DNA of 58,288 bases, counting the filler, from an uncultured bacterium (GTDB lineage Bacteria; Hinthialibacterota; Hinthialibacteria; Hinthialibacterales; Hinthialibacteraceae), in assembly GCA_964449065.1 (NCBI GenBank). It is 3 parts of 3 records of this genome, joined end to end, with 100 filler letters (N's around TTAATTAATTAA, not from the genome) between each part and the next. Parts side by side here need not be neighbours in the genome. Positions count along the whole stretch, not along the records: positions 39,299 to 58,288 come from CAYVAZ010000060.1; 2 more parts are not named here. One strand, 5' to 3'. The number at the start of each line of letters is the position of its first letter. Position 1 is the first letter of the stretch. A model generated the notes under the pieces. The model made no database searches, was not told where the DNA came from, and was given only the letters and a program-made list of their open reading frames with translations. The position numbers were made by a program, and so were the translations under genes. Below, in pieces: positions 39,199-50,733 of this stretch.

Positions 39199-39298
39199 NN
39201 NNNNNNNNNNNNNNNNNNNNNNNNNNNNNNNNNNNNNNNNNNTTAATTAATTAANNNNNNNNNNNNNNNNNNNNNNNNNNNNNNNNNNNNNNNNNNNN
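39199..39298. other. Assembly gap with artificial six-frame-stop linker
   Basis: N44-TTAATTAATTAA-N44. Confidence 0.98.
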
Positions 39299-39650
39299 CA
39301 ATCGCGTCGGCGGTGGCGTCGACCGCGGATAAATCCGGCTCGCGGGATTCATTTAATGGCGTTGGCACACAGATAATTAACGCATCCGGTTCGGAGAGGC
39401 GCTTGTAATCGGTCGTTGCTTCAAACAGACCGCCGTCTTTCAAGGTTTTGATTTTTTCGGATGGTATATGATGTATATACGATTTTCCCTCCATGAGGGA
39501 ATTTACTTTTTTCTTGTCGATGTCAAACCCCAATGTTTTGAAGCCGGTTTCGGTCGTTTCCAGCACAATCGGCAATCCAACATATCCCAACCCAATTATC
39601 CCCAATACAGCGGATTGATCATCAAATTTTTGTATTAACTGTTCTTTCAT
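39299..39650 (-). CDS. Nucleotide-sugar dehydrogenase (UDP-GlcNAc/ManNAc dehydrogenase family), truncated by gap
   Basis: IIGLGYVGLP, GFDID and IICVPTPL..REPDLS motifs. Confidence 0.9.
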
Positions 39651-39785
39651 GAACGTTGCGAGGCTCCTTTTTTCCGTTACGAAGGTTCAACATTTCTGGT
39701 AGAAACAAAACGGAACCGTTTTGTAGTCGTTGTGTTGGAATTATACTCATTCCTAAAATCCTATGCAGGTAAACGGGACAATTCA

Positions 39786-40562
39786 ATGAAATTAAAGCGG
39801 CGGTCTTTTCTTGGAACATCAACAGTTTTTGTCGGCAGCGGTTTTACCATGGACAGTTTTGCCAATGTGTTATCGTACGATGAAAAGGTATTGTTCGGCA
39901 TCATTCGCGCAAACGATATCCAAGGGAAGGGCTTCAATTTACGGAGCCAAGCCGCAGAAGCATTTGATGCCATGCGCGCCCATGCGTTGAACGATGGTAT
40001 CCATATCCATTCCTATTCCAGCCACCGCAGTTTTGAACACCAACAAAAAATCTGGAACCGGAAATTCGCGTTGTTTTCCAAGCGTGTCAACAAGCGTGTC
40101 AACAAGCCGGAGGATGTCGTTCGTGAAATCATTCAATACTCCACAATTCCCGGTACCTCCCGTCATCATTGGGGGACGGATTTGGATATGATCGACAACA
40201 ACAAACAACGACCCCAAGCTTTGTTGGAGCCGAAAAACTATATGAAGGGCGGAGTGTATCACGATCTCTATGCATGGCTGTTGGAGCATGGCAGCGATTA
40301 TGGGTTTTATGAAAGTTATACCAACGATCCCAACCGGCCGGGCTTTGAGTTCGAGCCCTGGCATTGGAGTTTCGCGGAATTGTCCATCCCCATGTTGGAA
40401 CAGTGGTACTCTCTTCCCTTAACCGAAAAACTTCCGTTGAAGGAGGTAGCAGGCAATGAGGTACTCACCGAAGCGTTTTTGGATCAGTACAAACAGCAGT
40501 GGGGGTTGGGGATCAACAAAAAACTGATTCCCGCATCGTTATTGCCGAAGAGCCCCTTTTGA
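39786..40562 (+). CDS. M15 (VanY-like) D,D-carboxypeptidase with Tat-like signal
   Basis: RRSFLG; SSHRSFEHQ, PGTSRHHWGTDLD and EPWHW motifs. Confidence 0.9.
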   Translation: MKLKRRSFLGTSTVFVGSGFTMDSFANVLSYDEKVLFGIIRANDIQGKGFNLRSQAAEAFDAMRAHALNDGIHIHSYSSHRSFEHQQKIWNRKFALFSKRVNKRVNKPEDVVREIIQYSTIPGTSRHHWGTDLDMIDNNKQRPQALLEPKNYMKGGVYHDLYAWLLEHGSDYGFYESYTNDPNRPGFEFEPWHWSFAELSIPMLEQWYSLPLTEKLPLKEVAGNEVLTEAFLDQYKQQWGLGINKKLIPASLLPKSPF

Positions 40563-40648
40563 TGTGATGCGTCTCCCTGTTTTTTGCATACCAGTCTATG
40601 GTAACATGATGTCTGCACCAAAATCAGGTCGCGAATGAGTTCTTTTTC

Positions 40649-41830
40649 ATGAAAACGAAACCGAAAAAACTGTCTCCGCAAGATATTCTCGCACATCTTT
40701 CCAGAAAGAATGCCGAACTGGCTGGGTTGTTGGATGAGAGGCTGTTAAACGAAATTTGCGAGAAATCCGTTGTGATTGACTATGCCCCTAACGATTATGT
40801 GGTGAAGCAGCATGATCTTTCCGATTCGCTGTTTATTATTCTTACGGGCCGCTGCCGTGTGAATGTAAACGATGAAGATTTAAGTTTCATGGACCCGGGC
40901 GATATGCTGGGCGAAATGGGCGTGATCCAAAAAACGCCGCGCAGCGCCAGCATCATCGCGATTGAACCCACTACCGCTCTGCGCATCCCGGATTCCATGT
41001 TTCGGGAGATGATCCAAGAACCCCAAATATCCGCCTGGGTTATGAACCTGCTCACCAGCCGTTTGAAAAACTCATCCAATGCCGCCGCCAGTGTGATGAA
41101 AGAAATGGATGAAATTATGCAGGATCAAATGGAACTGGCCCGCGTACAGCGTTCGCTGCTGCCCAAAGAACTGCCGGTCGATCCCCGCTTTCGCATTCAT
41201 GTGCTTTACAAACCTTGCGCCTACGCGGGTGGAGACTATTACGACGCCTTTATGCTGAATAAAGACACTCTCTTTCTAATCATCGCCGATGTGACCGGCC
41301 ATGGCGCGCAGGCTTCGATCTCAATGGCGATCGTGCGTTCGTTTGTGCATCAAGGCAATTTAGGCAAAACCCCGCAGACATGTCTGAAACGGTTGAATGA
41401 CTATCTGCTGCTATACGGGCCTTCCCAACATTTTGTCACCTCGCAGGTAGCCATGATTGACTTGAAAAAGAACCGTATTCAATTCGCGTATGCCGGCCAT
41501 CCTCCCATTTTGCATGTGCGCGATGGAGAGTGTAAGCCATTGAAGGCCCCGCGTTCATTCTTTTTACGATTCCGTCCCAATGCGGAATACAAAGGCGCAT
41601 CCATGACGATGAAGCCGGGCGACCGTTTTGCTTTTTTTACCGATGGGGTGGTTGAAACCTTTGATTCCGAAGGTCAAATGTACAACATCGAAGGCCTGGA
41701 AAAATTCCTGGAGGATACCAGCCAAGAGAAAATCTCCACCCTGCCGAACGCGTTGGATACCGATCTACACCGCTTTCGTGAAGGCAGCCCCGAAGAGGAC
41801 GACCTTTCTTTTATGGTGGTGGAGATTTAG
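40649..41830 (+). CDS. cNMP-binding domain plus SpoIIE/PP2C phosphatase
   Basis: GEMGVI..PRSAS; GGDYYD, ADVTGHG, AGHPP, FTDGV and EDD motifs. Confidence 0.93.
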   Translation: MKTKPKKLSPQDILAHLSRKNAELAGLLDERLLNEICEKSVVIDYAPNDYVVKQHDLSDSLFIILTGRCRVNVNDEDLSFMDPGDMLGEMGVIQKTPRSASIIAIEPTTALRIPDSMFREMIQEPQISAWVMNLLTSRLKNSSNAAASVMKEMDEIMQDQMELARVQRSLLPKELPVDPRFRIHVLYKPCAYAGGDYYDAFMLNKDTLFLIIADVTGHGAQASISMAIVRSFVHQGNLGKTPQTCLKRLNDYLLLYGPSQHFVTSQVAMIDLKKNRIQFAYAGHPPILHVRDGECKPLKAPRSFFLRFRPNAEYKGASMTMKPGDRFAFFTDGVVETFDSEGQMYNIEGLEKFLEDTSQEKISTLPNALDTDLHRFREGSPEEDDLSFMVVEI

Positions 41831-41894
41831 TGGTCATACCTGCCGGGTTCAAATGAGCGTATATTCTTTCATCTCTGTTTGTGGGAGGAATATT

Positions 41895-43190
41895 ATGAAC
41901 AGAATCATTGTTGCGATCTTATTGATGACTTACATTTCCATAATTGGTGCCGCGCAGGTCGATGACCGCTTGATTACGGTCACCGATACCCCCGGTGCCC
42001 AGCATTTCCCCGATGTTGCATACAACTCCCAAGAGAACTCCTTTCTGGTGGTATGGGAAGCGGTGTTGGAAGATGAGGGCGGCCGGGTGGAAATTCACGG
42101 CAGTATCCTTGACGTGGATAGCGGTGAGCCGGTGGAAGGTTCCTTCGTTGTTATGTCTGATGTAAGCGATTTACGCGCCCCTGAAATCGCTTACAACAGT
42201 GTAGATAACGAGTTCTTGGTTGTGGCCCGTTTTGAAGAGCAAAACCTGGTTGTGGCGCAGCGTATTGCGGCCGATGGGAAGTTAATCGGCAGTACGGTAG
42301 ATCTTGGTGAATCCGGCGGCCCTACCTTTTTTGATCCAGCGGCGCGCGCGCGGGTGGTTTCGGTCGCTTACAACGCAACCGATAACCGGTATTTTGTGGC
42401 ATTTGGCGGGCAGCCTTCCGCGCAGATCTTGTTCCCTAATCTCGATTTGGATGTCCCGATCTTGGACTTCGCAAGCGGCACCAACCCGGCCGTGGCATGG
42501 TCTAGCGAAAGCAATGTCTATTTAATGGCCTGGGAAGACCGCGAAGCCAGAAACACCGGCACCGAAAACCTGAGCGCGCAACTCTTTGCCGGCGACGGCA
42601 GTTTCATCGGCGATATCATCCGCATCCGCGATCAAGACTTTGCCGAAGAATCCCCACGGGTTGCATACAATCCCTCAGCGGATGAATTCCTTGTGATTTG
42701 GGATGAACGAATCGGTTTTGCGGAAGGCAACAACACCCTTACGGATACCATTGGTCAAATTGTTTTACCGGATGCTACTCTAAAAGGTGAGCCGCTGCCG
42801 ATTGAAGCTGGAACCGCGTATACCTTACGGCAAGATATCGCCTACAACACCGCCACCACTCAATATTTGGTGGTATGGAAGGGCGACGAAAGCGGTAATT
42901 TTGCGTTCGCCGATATTTGGGGGCGGCATATCATTGCAGAAAACGGTGCTGATCTGCATGAGCCGTTCCTGATTTTCGACAATGGTGACGATGACACGGA
43001 TGAAGGCAATTCAGAACAATTCTTTGACGAATCGAAATTGCCGGTTGTTGCCGCAAACACAACACAAGGAGAATTTTTGGTGGTATGGGAAGAAGCCGGA
43101 ACCAACCGTACCCCCTCAGACAGCGATATCATGGCAAAGAAAGTGTTGAGTGTCATTTTCAATACTGTCGATGACTGGATGATAAAGTAA
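41895..43190 (+). CDS. Secreted seven-repeat beta-propeller-like protein
   Basis: GGAGG RBS; signal peptide; seven P.VAYN....FLVVW repeats; ends NTVDDWMIK. Confidence 0.85.
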   Translation: MNRIIVAILLMTYISIIGAAQVDDRLITVTDTPGAQHFPDVAYNSQENSFLVVWEAVLEDEGGRVEIHGSILDVDSGEPVEGSFVVMSDVSDLRAPEIAYNSVDNEFLVVARFEEQNLVVAQRIAADGKLIGSTVDLGESGGPTFFDPAARARVVSVAYNATDNRYFVAFGGQPSAQILFPNLDLDVPILDFASGTNPAVAWSSESNVYLMAWEDREARNTGTENLSAQLFAGDGSFIGDIIRIRDQDFAEESPRVAYNPSADEFLVIWDERIGFAEGNNTLTDTIGQIVLPDATLKGEPLPIEAGTAYTLRQDIAYNTATTQYLVVWKGDESGNFAFADIWGRHIIAENGADLHEPFLIFDNGDDDTDEGNSEQFFDESKLPVVAANTTQGEFLVVWEEAGTNRTPSDSDIMAKKVLSVIFNTVDDWMIK

Positions 43191-43197
43191 TACAAAC

Positions 43198-43223
43198 GGT
43201 GGGCCGCAAATCCACGGCCCACC
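43198..43223. terminator. Hairpin between convergent genes
   Basis: GGTGGGCCG..CGGCCCACC. Confidence 0.65.
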
Positions 43224-43257
43224 TTATACTTTCTGTATTTCTTTTTCTCGACACTCG

Positions 43258-44874
43258 TCACTCGTCACTGTCTTTAAGCTCATAAATCATTGTACCGTTT
43301 TCCATAACATCGTAATTTGGCTCATAATTCTGGCGAATCCACTCTTCCAACGCGATCAGTTTTACCTTCTCCAGCTCTTGCAAGGATTTTTCGGAAAGGA
43401 TCATGTAATCCGGCGGGTTGGCTTGCAGGCAGGCGGTCAGGTTATCCCGTTTTTGCTGCGCGGTGGTATTGCCGCTATCGATAAACAGGTGCTCATACGC
43501 ATAAATATAAGGGCAGGGAGAAAGCATTCCCGTTTCCGCATAGTATTTAGAATACTCGCCCAAATTTGTCCATAACGTATCGTCTTCGCCTTTCGCCTCA
43601 TTCAAGTATTTCGAAATCACGCCCGCCTCTACTTCCCGAAACGGAACGCTCATACGGTGCCGGTATAGCGCGACCTGCGATTGATCCACCAGCACAAACA
43701 CGGTAAGAAACATGGCTGTTAAAATATATTCCGCGCTCTTAACGCGTTGAAGCCAGTACAGGATAAACACAAATCCACACAAACACACAAAACAATACGA
43801 AGCGGCGTATTGCAAATAATAATGCCCCAAATCAAATCCGCTCATTCCAGACGAAATCACCTCAAACAAAACTTGCAGCACAAACACAACCGGCAATAGG
43901 CGGTACCGAATGGCAAAGGGTAAATAAAAAGCGGATGCTACACCCACACAAAACATCGCAAACCAAACCGGGCTGAGATGAATGTAGTAATGGTAAAACT
44001 GTTTTCCCATCCAAACCAAATAATGTAGGGGGTCCATTTCCGTGCTCTCGTTGGAATACTCCACATACGCGGCGTTATACAAAATTACCTGCCACCATTC
44101 ATACAATGCGCCTTCCAGCCAAACATAAAACACAAATACAACCAACAGCGATCCCCCGCCCAAGCATAAGCAAAACCAATTTTGTATCCGCTGCTTCCAA
44201 TCCAACTTCGGTTCAAAAAACACATACAACAGCCACGGTATGGCAGAGAGCAAAAACGGTTCTTTGGTCAAAACCGCCAGCGCAAAACACAAGCCGGAAA
44301 AATAGTAGAGAACCCTCTGCCGGTTTTCTGGAACATAGGGCTTTCCGGCGATGGCTGTGATTCCGGTAAGGATAAAAAACACGGCATATTCTTCCGTAAA
44401 ATGACCGCCTTGAAACAGTTCCGGCGTGAAGAAAATATAGTGGAACCCAAATGTGCATACCAACGAAAGCAAGGGCTTCTTAAAAATGAAGCAGGCGGAA
44501 AAATAAAACGCAAGCATTCCGAGGATGATAACAATTCGTTCAAAATACCGTACGGCATTGATTGAGCCGTCTCCAAAATAAAGCGGAATCAGGCTAAGGT
44601 AGTAAATTACCGGCGGTTTATGATCCCATATTTCCACATAAAGCGTACGGTCATCGGCAATGTGGTTGGCCACCGCCATGAAGACGCCGGCATCGGTATA
44701 GACACGTTGGTACGAATAAAAGTTGATGCTATTCCAACCCAGCCATACAATAAGCGGAAGGGATAAAAGAAAGACGGCGGCCTGCACCGGATACCGGGTG
44801 CAAGATTGTTTCACGCGGTCATATTGAAGTTGAATCCATGGGAGCATTGTTTTATCAACCGGGAATGCGCTCAA
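43258..44874 (-). CDS. GT-C fold membrane glycosyltransferase (ArnT/PMT-like)
   Basis: D..VF..LYVEIWDHKPP, TEE, LTKEP and HYY motifs; multi-TM. Confidence 0.8.
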   Translation of the reverse strand: MSAFPVDKTMLPWIQLQYDRVKQSCTRYPVQAAVFLLSLPLIVWLGWNSINFYSYQRVYTDAGVFMAVANHIADDRTLYVEIWDHKPPVIYYLSLIPLYFGDGSINAVRYFERIVIILGMLAFYFSACFIFKKPLLSLVCTFGFHYIFFTPELFQGGHFTEEYAVFFILTGITAIAGKPYVPENRQRVLYYFSGLCFALAVLTKEPFLLSAIPWLLYVFFEPKLDWKQRIQNWFCLCLGGGSLLVVFVFYVWLEGALYEWWQVILYNAAYVEYSNESTEMDPLHYLVWMGKQFYHYYIHLSPVWFAMFCVGVASAFYLPFAIRYRLLPVVFVLQVLFEVISSGMSGFDLGHYYLQYAASYCFVCLCGFVFILYWLQRVKSAEYILTAMFLTVFVLVDQSQVALYRHRMSVPFREVEAGVISKYLNEAKGEDDTLWTNLGEYSKYYAETGMLSPCPYIYAYEHLFIDSGNTTAQQKRDNLTACLQANPPDYMILSEKSLQELEKVKLIALEEWIRQNYEPNYDVMENGTMIYELKDSDE

Positions 44875-44955
44875 GATAAATGTTCTAATGCGGCGTTCGC
44901 TGGCGGCGGCCCATGACGGCGCAAACCGCTGCTGTATATTCCTGTCACACTATAG

Positions 44956-46293
44956 ATGAAACACAAAATGAGACAAATTTATCCTATCATTTTTTTGGTC
45001 TTGATCATTCCGTTTAGCGTTTTCGCGGCAACAACGGAAACGGAATACGATAAGATCGGCGGGTGGAAAGCGGTCACGGCAGAGCCCCGCCTGTATTTTT
45101 ATGTCCGCCATATTGACGGCATTTGGTGGTTTATCAACCCGGCGGGCAATGCGTTTCTATCGAAAGGGGTCAGCAAGATTACGTTTACAGGGGATTTTTG
45201 TCCCGCGTTGGGGTATTATCCTTATTGGCGGATGACCATGGGAAAATACAAACAAACACCATCTTGGGCAGAGGCAGTCCTTCAAAATTTGAAGCGGTGG
45301 AACCTGAACACCATCGGTATCAACTCAACGCCGGTTTTGCGCGACGAGGCATTTCCATACACCGTTGTATTGGATATCGCAAACAAAACAGGCGGCGATT
45401 TGCAACATGGAATTTTTCCGAACGTGTTTGAAGAAGACTTTAAACGCAATCTAAAACGGCTGGTCAAACGCGAATGCAAACCCCTCCGCGATTCCATTTA
45501 TCTTCTGGGATATTACTCCGACATGGAACTGGTTTTGGGAGAATCGTGGCAAAACCGGATTTCATTATTACGGGGCTATTTGCGGATGCCCCAACAATCG
45601 GCAGGCTTTCAGGGTGCCATGAAATTCCTAAAACAACGCTATAAGACAATCGATGATCTGAATACGGCGTGGGGATTGGATCTTGCCCGTTTTCACGATA
45701 TTCAGCAACATTTGCAGTCTGTTACGATCGAACAGCGGCGAACCGATGAACGGGATTTTCTCGAATATGTTTCCACTCGTTATTTTCAATTGTGCCATGA
45801 CGCAATACAAGAAGCGGATCCCAATCATCTCTTCTTTGGCTGCCCGCTGACAGGAACATCACCGGAACCGGTATTAAATGCGCTGCGTGGCTTTGCGGAT
45901 GTGATTGGCTACCGTTCCGATCACCAGACCCCGCCGCGTAGCGAGTTGATCCGCATCTTTCAGGTAACCAACCGTCCGGTGATGATTTCCGAATTCTCCT
46001 TTAAAGCAATGGACTCCGGCCTTCCCAATTCCGTTGGGAGGGGGAGTGCGCTGGAAACGCAGTCTGAACGGGCAAAAGCCTTTCATTCGTATGTCAGCGA
46101 TCTTGCAGCAATGCCTTTTGTTGTCGGCTATCACTGGCGCCAATATACCGATCAACCCAAGCAGGGCACAACAACCGGGGAAAATAACAATTACGGTTTG
46201 GTGACTGTCAACGATGAACCGTACGAACTTCTCACCCGGGAGATGCATACAACCAACAAAACATTAGACCGGATTCATGCAGGTTTGCGCTAA
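44956..46293 (+). CDS. Secreted clan GH-A glycoside hydrolase (GH50/agarase-like)
   Basis: WWFINPAG, WNLNTIG, DPNHL, PVMISEFSF, VGYHW and GENNNYGLV motifs. Confidence 0.75.
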   Translation: MKHKMRQIYPIIFLVLIIPFSVFAATTETEYDKIGGWKAVTAEPRLYFYVRHIDGIWWFINPAGNAFLSKGVSKITFTGDFCPALGYYPYWRMTMGKYKQTPSWAEAVLQNLKRWNLNTIGINSTPVLRDEAFPYTVVLDIANKTGGDLQHGIFPNVFEEDFKRNLKRLVKRECKPLRDSIYLLGYYSDMELVLGESWQNRISLLRGYLRMPQQSAGFQGAMKFLKQRYKTIDDLNTAWGLDLARFHDIQQHLQSVTIEQRRTDERDFLEYVSTRYFQLCHDAIQEADPNHLFFGCPLTGTSPEPVLNALRGFADVIGYRSDHQTPPRSELIRIFQVTNRPVMISEFSFKAMDSGLPNSVGRGSALETQSERAKAFHSYVSDLAAMPFVVGYHWRQYTDQPKQGTTTGENNNYGLVTVNDEPYELLTREMHTTNKTLDRIHAGLR

Positions 46294-46338
46294 TATACAG
46301 CAAAATTTTATGCAATATAATTTGGTTGAGGTTTCATT

Positions 46339-48624
46339 ATGAGTATCAAATTACGGGTCTTAATAGGATTGCTTTATTTCACAATTTTTGCCTATCCTGC
46401 GCATTCACAGCAGGAATCCGCTCCATCCGGCGGCGAAAAAATTCTTTATCTATTTAATTTGGAAGAATACTTATCTCAACGGCCGCTCAACAAAGTGTGG
46501 CAATATGATGTCGTCAATCTGGTTTCCGCGCTGCAAGGTTTGGTCAACCGTGACCGCCCCCGGTTATATATTTACTATGTGCGCGAGCAACTATCCACCC
46601 ATCAAATGTTGGTCGACAAATTTTGGCTGGACCGCATTCATGGGCACGATGGATTTCTATCCGATCACACAATCGTTGAACTCACCACCCTGGAAGAACT
46701 CATCACCACCTTCCGCGAAGATTTTCCTTACTTTACCGGTGTGGTTACGTGGGACCCGGATATTCCCGCGACCGGAAACCTCGCGTTATCCATTGCCGGT
46801 GCAAACGGCTTGTTGCCGGTTCGCCACGATGACTCCCCCAATTCGCTATTTTCCCAGATCGTCGCATCCGGTTTGGAGTTGCCTGTGGTTGACCGGTTAA
46901 ACGATAAATTTTCCGCATCCGGTACCATTCCGGAAACCGACATAGAATCGACCGGATACGCAAAAGCGGACGTATATATTTGGGGCAGGCACAACTTGAT
47001 CGAACAAGGAGAAACATCCAGCGAATACATGGCCGCCATGCTGGACCCGTTTGATTGGGACCCCCGCGCGCCGGGGTATCAATACACCAATCTGCAATAC
47101 GGAATGGTCGCCAATCACGATTTTTATGTTTCCAAAAAGGCCTTTTTCTTCGATCTCGATCCGTGGTGGGATGAAGTGGCAACCGACATTCCGGAAGACC
47201 CGTTTTTGCAGGGATTTGACCGCGAAACCTTGGATCCTATATTGCAAGCGGTTTATGAACGGGCTGATCCCAGTAACAAAATCATCAAAGTCGGCGGCTT
47301 TGTGCCCTGGTGGGTAAAATACACTCAAGAAGCGGGCGGCAAGCACGATCAGGCATCTACCGTTGAAGAGTTTGTCAGTGTCATGTCGGCCTACAGCTGC
47401 ATTTTGGATTCGGATAATTATCCCTTTGTTGAAATGGCGAACGCCTCCGTCTTTCAACACTATCCCTTACAAGAACGCTACTTCCAAAATCCGGTAACCC
47501 CGCAAGTACCCCTCGAAAACAAAAATTACGTGCTGTTTGTGATTGGAGACTTTCGCTCATCCGCGTTGATGTACCAAGCCATGCCGTCTTTATGGAGCGA
47601 TAGCGCCAGAGGCTCCATGCCGATCACGTGGGCGTTTAACCCTCTGATATCGGAACGGGTGCCGCACATAATCGACTGGATGTATAAAACGCGCACTCCA
47701 AACGATTATTTTGCAGCCGGGGCGACGGGGGCCGGATTGTGTTTTCCCAACCGCTTTGTGCCTCCCCGAAATTCCGCTTTAGGAAGCGACTTGGATGATT
47801 GGGTGGAAATGTCGAAATCGCTTTTCACCAAGTTTGATTTGCGGACAACGGTGGCGGCGGATTTGGACCGAGACCGTGAAGATCAAACCGTTCATTTCAG
47901 ACCCGAACTGCAAGACGCGTTTTTATCGTTTTCCCCCCATGGCGTGAGTACGGTCAAGCCGTTTTTGAATCCGTTTGGCGCTGACTTTGTTCCCTTTTTT
48001 CATCAAAGTTCTCAAGTGCGCGAATTTTATGAACGCCTGCCGAGTCTAACCGGTGTGATCGAAGAGATTGTGAACAACGCGGCGCCTAACAGACCGGTCT
48101 TTCATATTTACCGGTTTAAATACGCGAATCCAACCAGCATCCGATACATTTGGAACCAAATCCAATCCAACTTTTCCGAATACAACTGGCAGGCAGTTAA
48201 TCCTTACACATTCTTTTATTTACTCCGGCAGCGGATGCATCCTGCCGGGGAAGCGGCCAATACGCTGATTCCTAAATTTTTAGAGGACAACTTGCCTCTT
48301 GAAGTCCGGCAAGGAGGAGAATTTACGGCACAAATCCGTATGCAAAATGAAGGCTGGGATACGTGGAGCCCGCCCGGTACGCCTTCCAACCAACGCTACC
48401 GTTTAAGTTACCGCTGGCAGTTGCTGGGGGAAGACGAAGAGGTATTGGGAGACCACGCTGCTTTTTTGCCGGATCCCGTCCCGCCCGGACAAACGGTGGA
48501 TTTACGGTCTTTATTTAAAGCGCCAACCGATACATTTGGGATTCACAACCTGATTTTGTTTGTGGAGCAAGAAAACGTAAAGCAATCCATTATCCAATAC
48601 AAAAAGCAAATAACCGTACAATGA
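46339..48624 (+). CDS. GxGYxYP-type putative glycoside hydrolase with C-terminal Ig-like domain
   Basis: LQGLVNR..PRLY, NASVF, RGSMPITW and GAGLCFP motifs; NEGWDTW..LSYRW Ig-like tail. Confidence 0.7.
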   Translation: MSIKLRVLIGLLYFTIFAYPAHSQQESAPSGGEKILYLFNLEEYLSQRPLNKVWQYDVVNLVSALQGLVNRDRPRLYIYYVREQLSTHQMLVDKFWLDRIHGHDGFLSDHTIVELTTLEELITTFREDFPYFTGVVTWDPDIPATGNLALSIAGANGLLPVRHDDSPNSLFSQIVASGLELPVVDRLNDKFSASGTIPETDIESTGYAKADVYIWGRHNLIEQGETSSEYMAAMLDPFDWDPRAPGYQYTNLQYGMVANHDFYVSKKAFFFDLDPWWDEVATDIPEDPFLQGFDRETLDPILQAVYERADPSNKIIKVGGFVPWWVKYTQEAGGKHDQASTVEEFVSVMSAYSCILDSDNYPFVEMANASVFQHYPLQERYFQNPVTPQVPLENKNYVLFVIGDFRSSALMYQAMPSLWSDSARGSMPITWAFNPLISERVPHIIDWMYKTRTPNDYFAAGATGAGLCFPNRFVPPRNSALGSDLDDWVEMSKSLFTKFDLRTTVAADLDRDREDQTVHFRPELQDAFLSFSPHGVSTVKPFLNPFGADFVPFFHQSSQVREFYERLPSLTGVIEEIVNNAAPNRPVFHIYRFKYANPTSIRYIWNQIQSNFSEYNWQAVNPYTFFYLLRQRMHPAGEAANTLIPKFLEDNLPLEVRQGGEFTAQIRMQNEGWDTWSPPGTPSNQRYRLSYRWQLLGEDEEVLGDHAAFLPDPVPPGQTVDLRSLFKAPTDTFGIHNLILFVEQENVKQSIIQYKKQITVQ

Positions 48625-48835
48625 GAAGAATCGGATTGGATTATTTTTTGTGGAACGATGTTACACATATTGAATGATTTAGGTTTCGGTGAAAGAATAA
48701 TATGTTTGGAGTGTACTTTTCTATATGGGGATGTGAGAGAGGGCCGTGTTCTTATTAGAGCCGGATGCTCTGTTTGCTTGATAAGCAGGAAAGAATGAAT
48801 TTGGTAAATTTCGAATGGAAAAAAGTAGGGATACC

Positions 48836-49279
48836 ATGGATTTTGAATACATAGAACGGGTGGTTCGGCTGGTCGAAGAAGCGGATATCACGGAATTGGA
48901 AGTGGAATCCAAAGATGGATTGCGGGTGTTGGTGAAAAAGCATTCCAGCGTGACTATGGTACCCCAGAACATACAGGCCGCGGCTCCACAGCAGTCTCCC
49001 GCGCAAGATACCGCTCCGCCGCCGGATCAGGATGAAGATACCCATGTCATACGCGCTCCGATGGTTGGCACCTTTTATAGTGCGCCCACGCCGGATGCGG
49101 GAGACTTTGTGGAAATCGGTTCGGTGGTGAAACCCGATTCCGTGGTTTGTATATTAGAAGCAATGAAAGTGATGAATGAAATCAAAGCGGATGTTTCCGG
49201 TGTGATTACGGAAATCATGGTCAAGAACGCACAACCGGTCGAATACAACACACCGTTATTTAAAGTCAAGCGCTCTTAG
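48836..49279 (+). CDS. accB: Acetyl-CoA carboxylase biotin carboxyl carrier protein
   Basis: APMVGTFY and EAMKVMNEI motifs. Confidence 0.97.
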   Translation: MDFEYIERVVRLVEEADITELEVESKDGLRVLVKKHSSVTMVPQNIQAAAPQQSPAQDTAPPPDQDEDTHVIRAPMVGTFYSAPTPDAGDFVEIGSVVKPDSVVCILEAMKVMNEIKADVSGVITEIMVKNAQPVEYNTPLFKVKRS

Positions 49280-49365
49280 CATTTATAGAACAAGGCCTCC
49301 GTTTTTAATTTTCCATCAAAAAACCGTGTGAAAATCAAGATAAATAGATTGTATATTGTACGCTC

Positions 49366-50717
<1,352 letters not shown>

Positions 50718-50733
<16 letters not shown>

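Noticed and set aside
41628..41894. Extended N-terminus of the propeller protein overlapping the phosphatase gene
   Set aside because: ATG 41895 has a GGAGG RBS and starts a signal peptide; the same reasoning shortened groES, ddl, ubiD, accB and the TPR gene
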